Source: an uncultured Actinomycetota bacterium (GTDB taxonomy: Bacteria; Actinomycetota; Actinomycetes; Propionibacteriales; Nocardioidaceae). From it: DNA of 64,000 nucleotides. Positions 51,537-60,580 of this stretch are shown here, one piece after another (position 1 is the first letter of the stretch; every line of letters starts with the position of its first letter). The DNA lies in the NCBI GenBank assembly GCA_963801045.1, contig CAWDDC010000005.1:165568-229567 (forward strand), written 5' to 3'. The notes under the pieces are model-generated. The model was given only the letters and a program-made list of their open reading frames with translations, did not search any database and was not told where the DNA came from. A program made the position numbers and the translations under genes.

Positions 51537-51773
51537 ATGGCCAAGCCAGTCCTTCGCAAGCCGAAGAAGAAGTCCAACCCGCTTCGCGCCGCGAAGATCA
51601 CCTACATCGACTACAAGGACACGACGCTGCTGCGGAAGTTCATCTCCGACCGCGGCAAGATCCGGGCCCGCCGGGTCACCGGCGTCACCGTCCAGGAGCA
51701 GCGCCAGATCGCCGCGGCGATCAAGAACGCCCGCGAGATGGCGCTGCTGCCCTACACCTCCACGACCCGCTGA
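51537..51773 (+). CDS. rpsR: 30S ribosomal protein S18
   Basis: Intact 78 aa: [53 protein letters not shown]. Confidence 0.95.
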   Translation: MAKPVLRKPKKKSNPLRAAKITYIDYKDTTLLRKFISDRGKIRARRVTGVTVQEQRQIAAAIKNAREMALLPYTSTTR

Positions 51774-51801
51774 CGCACCGCTGAGACGAGGCACGTCCAC
51801 G

Positions 51802-52248
51802 ATGAAGCTCATCCTCACCCATGAGGTCGACACCCTCGGCGCCCCCGGCGACGTGGTCGAGGTCAAGGACGGCTACGGCCGCAACTTCCTCATGCCGCGC
51901 GGGTACGCGGTCCGGTGGACCAAGGGCGCCGCGAAGCAGATCGACTCGCTGAAGAAGGCCCGCGAGGTGCGCGAGGTGCGCGACCTCGGCCACGCCGAGC
52001 AGATCCGCGACCAGCTCCAGGGCCTGACCGTGCAGCTGCCGGCCCGGGCCGGCGAGACGGGCCGGCTGTTCGGCGCGGTGACCGTGTCGGACATCGCCGC
52101 GGCGATCAAGTCCGCCGGTGGTCCCGACGTCGACCGCCGCCGGATCCGGGTGGCCCAGCCGATCAAGTCCCTGGGCACGCACGAGGTCACGGTGCCGGTG
52201 CACGACGAGGTCGCGGCGACGGTCACCGTCGAGGTCGTCCAGTCCTGA
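51802..52248 (+). CDS. rplI: 50S ribosomal protein L9
   Basis: [43 protein letters not shown]... (148 aa, in the frame of ORF 50980..52248). Confidence 0.95.
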   Translation: MKLILTHEVDTLGAPGDVVEVKDGYGRNFLMPRGYAVRWTKGAAKQIDSLKKAREVREVRDLGHAEQIRDQLQGLTVQLPARAGETGRLFGAVTVSDIAAAIKSAGGPDVDRRRIRVAQPIKSLGTHEVTVPVHDEVAATVTVEVVQS

Positions 52249-52257
52249 CCGCTCGGA

Positions 52258-53585
52258 TCAGCCGGCGCGCACCGCGCCGGTGATCAGCCAGGCGTCGCCG
52301 CGCTCGCGGTGCACGAGGGTGGCGGCGCGCGCCAGGATCCAAGCCCCGTAAGCGATCCAGAGCCAGGTGAGGCCGCCGCCGGCGACCAGCACGGCGAGCG
52401 CGCACGGCACGTACGCCACCAGCGTGATGACACCCGCCCACGCCAGGTAGCGACCGTCGCCGGCGCCGATCAGCACGCCGTCGAGCACGAACACCACGCC
52501 GGACACCGGCTGCACCAGCGCCGCGACCACGAGCGCGCCCACGGCCGCCTCGCGGACGGCGGCATCGGACGTGAACGCCCACGGCAGCCAGGGACTGACG
52601 ACCAGCAGCGCAGCTCCGGCGACGCCGCCGGTGAGCAGTCCCCACCAGACCATCCGCCGGGTGCTGCGTCGCGCCGCCGCCACGTCCTCGGCGCCGAGGT
52701 AGCGACCGGTCAGTGCCTGCCCGGCGATGGCGATCGCGTCGAGCGCGAACGTCAGGGCCGACACCACGGTGACCGCGATCTGCTGCGCGGCCAGCGACGT
52801 CGACGGCATCGTGCTGGCCACGCCGGTGGCGATCAGCAGCACCGCGCGCAGGGTCATGGTGCGCACCAGCAGCGCGACGCCGGAGCGGCCGGCGAGCAGC
52901 ACGCCGCGCGGGGTGCAGGCGCAGCGACGCACCGTGCCGTCGCGCGGCCCGCACCACCGCGGTGGTCATCGCCGCCGCGGCAGCGGTCTGGGCCAGCGTG
53001 GTGCCGAGCGCCGAGCCGGCCAGGCCGAGGTCGAGCCCGTAGACCAGCACGATGTTGAGCACGACGTTGACCACGTTGGCCGCGACCAGCACCACCAGCG
53101 GCGTCCGGGTGTCCTGCAGGCCGCGCAGGACCCCGGTGGTGGCCAGCACCACGAGCATCGCCGGGATGCCGGGTGCGGCCACCAGCAGGAAGGTGACCGC
53201 CTGGTCGGCCACGTCGGCAGAGGCGTCGAACAGGTCGGTCACCGGGCGCGCGAGCGGCGGCGAGCAGCAGCGCCAGCACCGCACCCAGCAGCAGCGCCAG
53301 CCAGGTGCCGGACATGCCGTCGGTCAGGGCGCCGCGCAGGTCACCCGCGCCGAGCCGGCGCCCGACCGTCGCGGTGGTGCCGTACGCGAGGAACACGCAC
53401 AGCCCGACGACGGTCTGCAGCACGGTCGCGGCCAGCGCCAGCGCGGCCAGCGCGTCCACGCCGAGGTGGCCCACCACGGCGGTGTCGGCGAGCAGGAACA
53501 GCGGCTCGCTGACCAGCGCGGCGAAGGCCGGCACCGCCAGCCGGAACATCTGCCGGTCGTCGCCGGTCAGCTGCACCCGCCGCAT
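52258..53585 (-). CDS. MATE family efflux transporter (DinF-like); about 2 frame switches (near 53270 and 52930)
   Basis: N-terminus FRLAVPAFAALVSEPLFLLADTAVVGHLG (ORF 52854..53585). The middle is ORF 52223..53284 (GVLRGLQDTRTPLVV...). The C-terminal half is ORF 52258..52932. Confidence 0.8.
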
Positions 53586-53779
53586 CCGCTGATCCCCGTT
53601 CCGGTAAGGCCCTCGGCTGGGGATAACCTCTCACATCGCCGATATCGGACCCGGGCTGGCCCGGCACCTGGTATGGCCCACGTCACATCCTGGAAACCGG
53701 ACGAATCTTTCTCCGCTCCACACCGGGTGGACGGCATCGTCGCAGGTCAGGTGCCCTCGCCGCACGCGAGTCGCGGGGC

Positions 53780-53867
53780 TCGTCCACAGCCGGCCGCACA
53801 GGCTGTGCACACGGATCGGGGGGTTCTCCCCAGCTTTCCGGGCGTCGTGCACAGAGGCTGTGGACGC
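53780..53867. promoter_or_regulatory. cluster of four DnaA-box-like 9-mers / nested palindromes in the MATE-dnaB intergenic region
   Basis: TCGTCCACA (53780-88, +), GTGTGCACA (53804-12, -), TCGTGCACA (53845-53, +) and GCGTCCACA (53859-67, -). Each has 1-2 mismatches to TTGTCCACA. CGTCCACAGCC (53781-91) pairs with GGCTGTGGACG (53856-66) as an 11-bp inverted repeat. Confidence 0.3.
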
Positions 53868-53979
53868 GCCGGTGTCGGACCGGGGCGAACCCCGCGTACG
53901 GTCGCCTCGCGTCGGCCGGTCGGAACCCGTGCGGCCGGGAGGGCACTGTCGGTGAGGACGTCTAACGTGGGTCGTGACG

Positions 53980-53995
53980 GGGAACACCTGTTCGA
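53980..53995. promoter_or_regulatory. candidate LexA (SOS/Cheo-type) box GGGAAC-ACCT-GTTCGA upstream of dnaB
   Basis: A GAAC-N4-GTTC core with a perfect right half GTTCGA. It ends 15 nt before the dnaB ATG (54011) and lies downstream of a TAACGT -10-like hexamer (53963-68). Confidence 0.35.
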
Positions 53996-54010
53996 TTCTG
54001 GGGGCACGGC

Positions 54011-55408
54011 ATGAGCGTCACGGAGTTCCGTGGGCCGGGCCTGGTCGACCCCCCCGACGACTCCTACGGCGAGCCGGTCGACCAGCGGCACGGCGACCGC
54101 ACCCCACCGCAGGACAACGCCGCCGAGCAGAGCGTGCTCGGCGCGATGCTGCTCTCCAAGGACGCGATCGCCGACGTCGTGGAGACGGTGCGCGGCACCG
54201 ACTTCTACCGGCCGGTCCACGAGACGGTCTTCGACGCGATCCTCGACCTCTACGGTCGGGGCGAGCCGGCCGACGCCCTGACGGTGTCGGCCGAGCTGAC
54301 CCGACGCGGCGAGCTGGTCCGGGTCGGCGGCGCGCCCTACCTGCACACCCTGGTCGCCGGGGTGCCGATCGCCGCCAACGCCGGCTACTACGCCGAGATC
54401 GTCCGGGAGAAGGCGATCCTGCGCCGGCTGGTCGACGCGGGCACCAAGGTCGCCCAGCTCGGCTACCAGGGCGAGGGACAGGTCGACGACGTGGTCGACC
54501 GGGCGCAGGCCGAGGTCTACGCGGTCACCGACCAGCGCACCAGCGAGGACTACGCGCCGCTGCGCGACATCCTCGGCCCGACCCTCGACGAGATCGAGGC
54601 GATCGGCGCGCGCGACGGGCAGATGGTGGGCGTGCCGACCGGCTTCGCCGACCTCGACGACCTCACCAACGGCCTGCACCCGGGACAGATGATCGTGATC
54701 GCGGCCCGCCCCGGCGCCGGCAAGTCGACGATGGCGCTGGACATCTGCCGCTCGGCCTCGCTGCGGCACGACCTCACCAGCGTGATCTTCTCGCTGGAGA
54801 TGAACCGCAACGAGATCAGCATGCGGCTGCTGTCGGCCGAGGCGCGCATCCCGATGCACCACATCCGCAACGGGCACATGAGCGACGACGACTGGCAGCG
54901 GCTCGCGAGCACGATGGCCAAGGTGTCGGAGAAGCCGTTGTTCATCGACGACTCGCCGAACATGACGATGATGGAGATCCGGGCCAAGGCGCGGCGCCTC
55001 CGGCAGCGGCACGACCTGCGGCTGATCGTCGTCGACTACCTGCAGCTGATGACGTCCGGCCGACGGGTCGAGAGCCGCCAGGTCGAGGTCTCGGAGTTCT
55101 CCCGGCAGATGAAGCTGCTGGCCAAGGAGCTCGAGGTGCCGGTGATCGCGGTCAGCCAGCTCAACCGCGGCGCCGAGCAGCGCACCGACAAGCGGCCGAT
55201 GCTCAGCGACCTGCGCGAGTCCGGCAGCATCGAGCAGGACAGCGACATGGTGATCCTGGTGCACCGCGAGGACATGTACGAACGCGAGTCCACCCGCCCC
55301 GGCGAGGCCGACATCATCGTGGCCAAGCACCGTGCCGGCCCCACCGCCAACCTGGTGGTCGCGTTCCAGGGGCACTACTCACGCTTCGTCGACATGCAGC
55401 ACACCTGA
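54011..55408 (+). CDS. dnaB: replicative DNA helicase DnaB (no intein)
   Basis: Intact 465 aa: PPQDNAAEQSVLGAMLLSKDAI, Walker A ARPGAGKST, VVDYLQLM and ELEVPVIAVSQLNRGAEQR. Confidence 0.95.
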   Translation: MSVTEFRGPGLVDPPDDSYGEPVDQRHGDRTPPQDNAAEQSVLGAMLLSKDAIADVVETVRGTDFYRPVHETVFDAILDLYGRGEPADALTVSAELTRRGELVRVGGAPYLHTLVAGVPIAANAGYYAEIVREKAILRRLVDAGTKVAQLGYQGEGQVDDVVDRAQAEVYAVTDQRTSEDYAPLRDILGPTLDEIEAIGARDGQMVGVPTGFADLDDLTNGLHPGQMIVIAARPGAGKSTMALDICRSASLRHDLTSVIFSLEMNRNEISMRLLSAEARIPMHHIRNGHMSDDDWQRLASTMAKVSEKPLFIDDSPNMTMMEIRAKARRLRQRHDLRLIVVDYLQLMTSGRRVESRQVEVSEFSRQMKLLAKELEVPVIAVSQLNRGAEQRTDKRPMLSDLRESGSIEQDSDMVILVHREDMYERESTRPGEADIIVAKHRAGPTANLVVAFQGHYSRFVDMQHT

Positions 55409-55425
55409 CCGACCGCTGCCGTCGT

Positions 55426-56061
55426 TCAGGAGACCACCTTGCGGTTGAACGTGAGGTGGGTGACGCCGCTGGGCGTGGAGACGGCCTCGATGTCGTAGTC
55501 GTCCTCGACGGCCTCCAGCCCCGCCCAGACGCTGGCGCCGCGGCCGAGCACGATCGGGACCTGCACGAGGTGCATGTGGTCGACCAGCCGGGCGGCGACG
55601 AACTCGCGGACGACGGTGGCTCCGCCGCCGATCCGCACGTCCTTGCCGTCGGCCGCTTCGCGGGCGGCCTCGAGCGCCTCGGCCGGGGTGGCGTCGAGGA
55701 AGTGGTACGTGGTGCCGCCCTCCATCTCGATCGACGGCCGCGGCCGGTGCGTGAGCACGAACGTCGGGGAGTGGAACGGCGGGTTCGGTCCCCACCAGCC
55801 GGTCCAGTCCGGGTCGTCCTGCCAACCGGGAGGCCCGAACTTGTTGGCGCCCATGATCTCGGCGCCGATGCCGTCGTTGTTGCGCTCGGCGATGGCGTCG
55901 TCGACCCCGGCGGATCCGCTCGCGTCCCAGTAGCGGGTGGCGAACATCCACTGGTGCAGGCGCTCGCCCGCGTGGCCGAACGGCGCATCGGCGGACTGCG
56001 GCTCGCCGGTCGCGTAGCCGTCGAGGGAGATGGACATGTTGTGGACCCGGGTGCGTGACAT
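55426..56061 (-). CDS. dihydrofolate reductase family protein (RibD C-terminal domain-like)
   Basis: MSRTRVHNMSISLDGYATGEPQSADAPFGHAGERLHQWMF...IGGGATVVREFVAARLVDHMHLVQVPIVLG (211 aa, tail of ORF 55426..56970). Confidence 0.8.
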   Translation of the reverse strand: MSRTRVHNMSISLDGYATGEPQSADAPFGHAGERLHQWMFATRYWDASGSAGVDDAIAERNNDGIGAEIMGANKFGPPGWQDDPDWTGWWGPNPPFHSPTFVLTHRPRPSIEMEGGTTYHFLDATPAEALEAAREAADGKDVRIGGGATVVREFVAARLVDHMHLVQVPIVLGRGASVWAGLEAVEDDYDIEAVSTPSGVTHLTFNRKVVS

Positions 56062-56232
56062 CGGTGCGCTCCTCGAATAGTGGTGGCAATGTGCAATCAG
56101 TTCTGAAGACTGGCGGGACCGGCGATTCTCATCGGTCCCCGACGTCGGGATCCTCGGCAACCGAACCAGGATTCCGCAACCGCGTATTGCAACGGCGACG
56201 ACCGCGCGTGAGCGCGATGCCAGACTCGAGAC

Positions 56233-57021
56233 GTGAGCAGCCGCGCGTTGAGCTTCGGGTCCGTGGCGTCCGCCTACGAGCGCTTCCGCCCCGGTTACCC
56301 CGACGCGCTCGCCGACGAGGTGCTGGCCTACGCAGGTCCGGTCCGTACCGCGCTGGAGATCGGTGCGGGCACGGGCAAGGCCACCCGCCTGTTCGCCGGG
56401 CGGGGAATCGCCGTGACCGCTACCGATCCGGACGCCGAGATGCTCGCCGAGCTGCGCAAGCACGTACCCGCGACGGTCACCGTCGTGCAGGCGGCGTTGG
56501 AGGATCTCCCCCGGACCTCGTCCTACGACCTGGTCTACGCGGCGGCGGCGCTGCACTGGACCGAACCGACCCGGCGGTGGTCGCGGGTGGCCGCACTGCT
56601 CAACCCCGGTGGCGTGTTCGCCTCGTTCGGCGGCCAGCTGCGCCTGGCCGATCCCGCGGTCGAGGCGGCGGTCCGCGATGCCCGGTCGGCCTTCCTCGCC
56701 GACGACGACGTCCCGTCGCCGGACGGGACTCCGGACGACAGCCCGATGCAGTGGCCCGGGACGGAGCTGGGCCAGACCAGTCTGTTCGCGGACGTCCGTC
56801 AGTCCAGCATCGAGCGTCGCGTGACGATGTCGGGGCCGGACTACGTCGCCCACCTCGCGACGGTCTCGGCCTACATCGAGCTGCCGGCCGCGGCTCGGGA
56901 GCGGGTGTTCGCCCGCATCCTGGCGGTGCTCCCCGAGTGGCTCACCCTGGCCGCCGACATCACGGTGCACCTCGCCCGGCTGGCCGAAAACCAGAGGCGT
57001 CCGCCGAACCCGGCGACGTAG
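56233..57021 (+). CDS. class I SAM-dependent methyltransferase
   Basis: Intact 262 aa. SAM motif ALEIGAGTGKATRLFAGRG, then YDLVYAAAALHW and LLNPGGVFA. Confidence 0.8.
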   Translation: MSSRALSFGSVASAYERFRPGYPDALADEVLAYAGPVRTALEIGAGTGKATRLFAGRGIAVTATDPDAEMLAELRKHVPATVTVVQAALEDLPRTSSYDLVYAAAALHWTEPTRRWSRVAALLNPGGVFASFGGQLRLADPAVEAAVRDARSAFLADDDVPSPDGTPDDSPMQWPGTELGQTSLFADVRQSSIERRVTMSGPDYVAHLATVSAYIELPAAARERVFARILAVLPEWLTLAADITVHLARLAENQRRPPNPAT

Positions 57022-57114
57022 GCTGCGACAGCAGTCTTCGGGGGTCTCCCGCAGTTTGCGTGGAAGAGATAATCAGGTTGGCACAACAATTGCATACCCG
57101 TTACTGTTGCGCGG

Positions 57115-57576
57115 GTGTCCACGTCTGACGAGCTGTTCGAAGCCCTGCAGGACTTCCTCCAGCGGATGTTCAGCCTCGCCGAGGTGGACGCGATGGACGC
57201 GCTCGTCGACCTCGACGTGTCGTTCTCCCAGGCCCGCACCGTCTTCGCCCTCGCGCACGTGGGCGTGCCGTTGCCGATCAGCGAGATCGCGCACCGGCTG
57301 GGACTGTCCCAGGCAGCAGCCGGGCGCAACGTCGACCAGCTGGTCAAGCTCGGGATCACGGAGCGGCACGAGAACCCCGAGGACCGCCGGGTCAAGCTGA
57401 TCTCTCTCTCGCCGCGTGGTCTCGCGATCGCCGACGCGCACATCGAACAGAAACGGCGGGCCCTACGGACCGTCACGGAACGACTCCCGGCCGAGGACTG
57501 CCGGCGACTCACCGAGGCGCTGCAACCGATCCTCGCCGGCGACTACCTCCGCAAGAGCACGAAGGAGCACGCATGA
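57115..57576 (+). CDS. MarR family transcriptional regulator
   Basis: Intact 153 aa. The winged HTH is SFSQARTVFALAHVGVPLPISEIAHRLGLSQAAAGRNVDQLVKLGITERHENPEDRRVKLISLSPRG. The stop overlaps the next ATG. Confidence 0.85.
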   Translation: MSTSDELFEALQDFLQRMFSLAEVDAMDALVDLDVSFSQARTVFALAHVGVPLPISEIAHRLGLSQAAAGRNVDQLVKLGITERHENPEDRRVKLISLSPRGLAIADAHIEQKRRALRTVTERLPAEDCRRLTEALQPILAGDYLRKSTKEHA

Positions 57577-59121
57577 CCTCCGCCGCCCCGGCACCTGAGT
57601 ACCCCGACAAGATCGACGGCGCGGTGCTCAAGGTCGCCGGCGTCGTCGTCCTCGGCGCGATCATGTCGATTCTCGACATCACCGTCGTCAACGTGGCGCT
57701 GCCGACCTTCCAGACCGTCTTCGGCACGCCCGAGGACCCGATCGCCTACTCGCACGTGGCCTGGACCGTCACCGCCTACACGCTGGCCCTGGCCACGGTC
57801 ATCCCGTTGACCGGCTGGGCCGCCGACCGGTTCGGCACCAAGCGCCTCTACCTCAGCGCCATCTTCTTGTTCACGGCCGGCTCGGTGCTGTGCGCGATGG
57901 CCGAGTCGATCAACATGCTCATCCTGTTCCGGGTCATCCAGGGCCTGGGTGGCGGCATGCTGATGCCGCTGGGCATGACGATCATGACCAGGGCCGCCGG
58001 GCCGCACCGGATGGGCCGGCTGATGGCGATCCTCGGCGTGCCGATGCTGCTCGGCCCGATCCTCGGTCCGATCCTCGGCGGCTGGCTGATCGACCACGCG
58101 AGCTGGCACTGGATCTTCCTGATCAACGCGCCGATCGGTGTCATCGCGCTCATCTACGCCTTCGTCGTGCTGCCGAGCGACAGCCCGCAGCCGGCCGAGT
58201 CGCTCGACGTCATCGGCGTGCTGCTGCTGTCGCCGGGGCTCGCCCTGTTCCTGTTCGGGGTGTCCAGCCTGCCGACCGAGAACGGCGACTTCACCGCACC
58301 ACGGGTGTGGGTGTCGATGCTGATCGGCGTCCTGCTGATGCTCGGCGTTCGTGTGGCACGCCTTCCGGCCCGAGCACCCGCTGCTCGACCTGAGGCTGTT
58401 CGCCAACCGCAACCTCTCGGTCTCGGTCATCACGATGTTCCTGTTCGCGGCGGCGTTCTTCGGCGGCCTGCTGCTGGTGCCGACCTACTTCCAGGAGGTC
58501 CGGGGCGAGTCGACCCTCGACGCCGGCCTGCTGGTGGCGCCACAGGGCATCGGCGCCATGCTGACGATGCCGATCGCCGGCGCGCTGGTCGACAAGTTCC
58601 CGGTGGGGCGGATCGTGCCGTTCGGCATGATCGGCATCGCGATCGGCATGGGCGGGTTCACCCAGGTCGAGGCCGACACGTCGTACAGCCTGCTGATCAC
58701 CTGGCTGTTCATCATGGGCCTCGGCATGGGCGCCACGATGATGCCGCTGTTCACGACGGCGCTGAAGACGCTCACCAACCAGGAGGTCGCCCGGGGGTCG
58801 ACGCTGCTGAACATCTCGCAGCAGATCGCCAGCTCGGTCGGCGTCGCGGTCATCTCGGTGGTGCTGACCAACCAGCTCAAGAGCACCGACCTGGCCCTGC
58901 CCGCCATCGCGGCGCAGGGGGACCCGGCCGTCGCCGACCAGCTCGGTCCGGACGCGGTGCTCCAGGGGCTGACCGAGGCGGCCGCGGCGTTCGCCGATGC
59001 CTTCTCGGTGGCGTGGGTCCTGATCCTCGTCACGTTCATCCCGGTGTTCTTCCTGCCGCGCAGGCGGGAGCCGTCGCACCTGCTCGACGACGAGGACAAG
59101 CCACCGGTCGTCGTGCACTGA
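57573..59121 (+). CDS. MFS drug:H+ antiporter, DHA2 (EmrB/QacA, 14-TM) family; one frame switch near 58345
   Basis: ILDITVVNVALPTFQ, WAADRFGTKRLYL and RVIQGLGGGMLMPL. The C-terminal half is in ORF 58351..59121. Confidence 0.85.
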
Positions 59122-59175
59122 CCGCTGCCGCACGACCACTGCTCGTCGGTGGGTGCCGGGTCTAGCCTCGACGCC

Positions 59176-59784
59176 ATGACCCGGCACCCCACCGTCGGCA
59201 CCGGTGTGGCCGCCGACCTGCACCGCTACCTCCAGCAGTCCCGCGACAGCCTGCTCACGTCGCTGGACGGGCTGTCCGACTACGACGTCCGCCGGCCCAT
59301 GACGCCCAGCGGCACCAACCTGCTCGGACTCGTCAAGCACCTCACGGGTATCGAGCTCTCCTATCTCGCCGACTCCGTCGGGCGTCCGGCACCGATCCGG
59401 CTGCCCTGGGTCGAGGACGGCTCGATCTGGGACGGCGCCGACATGTGGGCCACGGCCGAGGAGACCAGGGACGACCTCCTCGGGCTCTACCGCGCGGCGT
59501 GGCAGCACGTCGACCAGTCGATCGACCAGCTGGCACTGGACGCCCCGGCCACCGTCGCGTGGTGGCCGGAGGAGCGCCGGCACACGACGTTCGGGTCGCT
59601 GCTGGTCCGGGTCGTCGCCGAGACCGCCCAGCACGCAGGGCACGCCGACGTCATCCGCGAGGGCATCGACGGGTGGGCGGGGTCCGACCACGACGCGGCC
59701 GGCGACGCTGCCTGGTGGGCCCGCTACGTCGCGACCGTCCAGCAGGCGGCCGACCAGCACCGCGAGCCCCGCGAGACGCCCTGA
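59176..59784 (+). CDS. DinB-family (DUF664/mycothiol-transferase-like) protein
   Basis: Part of ORF 59149..59784. A four-helix-bundle-type sequence with the His pattern LVKHLTGIE...VVAETAQHAGHADVIRE. Confidence 0.65.
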   Translation: MTRHPTVGTGVAADLHRYLQQSRDSLLTSLDGLSDYDVRRPMTPSGTNLLGLVKHLTGIELSYLADSVGRPAPIRLPWVEDGSIWDGADMWATAEETRDDLLGLYRAAWQHVDQSIDQLALDAPATVAWWPEERRHTTFGSLLVRVVAETAQHAGHADVIREGIDGWAGSDHDAAGDAAWWARYVATVQQAADQHREPRETP

Positions 59785-59811
59785 CCGGTCCGCGGGAACG
59801 GTCGGCGGGGC

Positions 59812-60336
59812 TCAGTCGCGCAGGCCGCCCTTGGTGGTGACCGGGACGTACGTCCAGCCGGCGTCCACGACCACCGTGCTCACCGGGTCCTTCATCTCCG
59901 ACACGTCGAAGCGGTACTGGTAGACCTGCCCCCAGTCCAGCGGGTTCACGCCCGTGTACGCGTACGCGGTGCCGAACGACTTCGACCCGAACGTGCGCCC
60001 CTGGAACTTCTCCGCCGACAGCTGCAGCTCGGGGGTGCCGGCCCGCCAGGAGACCTCCCACGCCTGCTCGAGCACCCGGACCTCGTGCTCGGCCTCGTTG
60101 AGCGCCAGCAGCAGCTTGTGCGACTTCTCCAGGCTGGCCTTCGCGAAGATCTCGTACCACTGCGCGTCGACGATGCGCCACTCCACGTCGAGGTCCGCCT
60201 CGGCACCCGGCTGCACGGTGAACGGGACCTGATCGGTGCTGAGGGCGAGCAGCCGCCGCTCGACCTCTGCCCGGTCCAGGGCCGGGGTGCCCTCCTCAGG
60301 ACGCTTCACGCCCTTCAGCCGGTCGAACAGTCCCAT
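59812..60336 (-). CDS. hypothetical protein (174 aa)
   Basis: GGAGG lies 4 nt upstream of the ATG at 60336. Product: MGLFDRLKGVKRPEEGTPALDRAEVERRLLALSTDQVPFTVQPG...TYVPVTTKGGLRD. No family recognised. The long upstream part of ORF 59812..61086 is antisense to the tet-like gene and was rejected. Confidence 0.5.
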   Translation of the reverse strand: MGLFDRLKGVKRPEEGTPALDRAEVERRLLALSTDQVPFTVQPGAEADLDVEWRIVDAQWYEIFAKASLEKSHKLLLALNEAEHEVRVLEQAWEVSWRAGTPELQLSAEKFQGRTFGSKSFGTAYAYTGVNPLDWGQVYQYRFDVSEMKDPVSTVVVDAGWTYVPVTTKGGLRD

Positions 60337-60580
60337 CGTGACCTCCTGCGTCAGCCCCGTCGGCTCGGGCGACCCCGGTCGGCTGCCGGGACCCGGAGCC
60401 CGATCATCGCCCGCACGCCGCCTGCCGGGGAGCGTTTCGGCGCAACAAATCGGTGGCTCTGCGGGGTCGGTGCGTGGTTCAGTCCCCTCACCAGACGAGC
60501 GATGGAGGATCCCGAGATGCGGCAGGCAGCCATGTCCACACCGAAGGGAACCCACCTCCACCCCAAGGACATGACGCCTG

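Noticed and set aside
54011-55408. Intein in dnaB, which is common in actinobacterial and cyanobacterial DnaB.
   Set aside because: The ORF is 465 aa with contiguous helicase motifs. It has no insertion and no Cys/Ser...HN splicing junction blocks.
57071-57114. Possible MarR operator upstream of the MarR-MFS operon (CAACA...TGTTG and CAATTG).
   Set aside because: There are only 5-bp arms separated by 19 nt, plus a 6-bp palindrome. This is too weak to call from sequence alone.
344-58350. Annotating every frame-disrupted gene as a pseudogene.
   Set aside because: Disrupted genes include murJ, cca, the class A PBP and the ECF sigma factor. Each fragment remains fully conserved-looking, without extra stops or deletions. 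This pattern fits sequence indel error better than decay, so I report them as CDS with frame switches noted.
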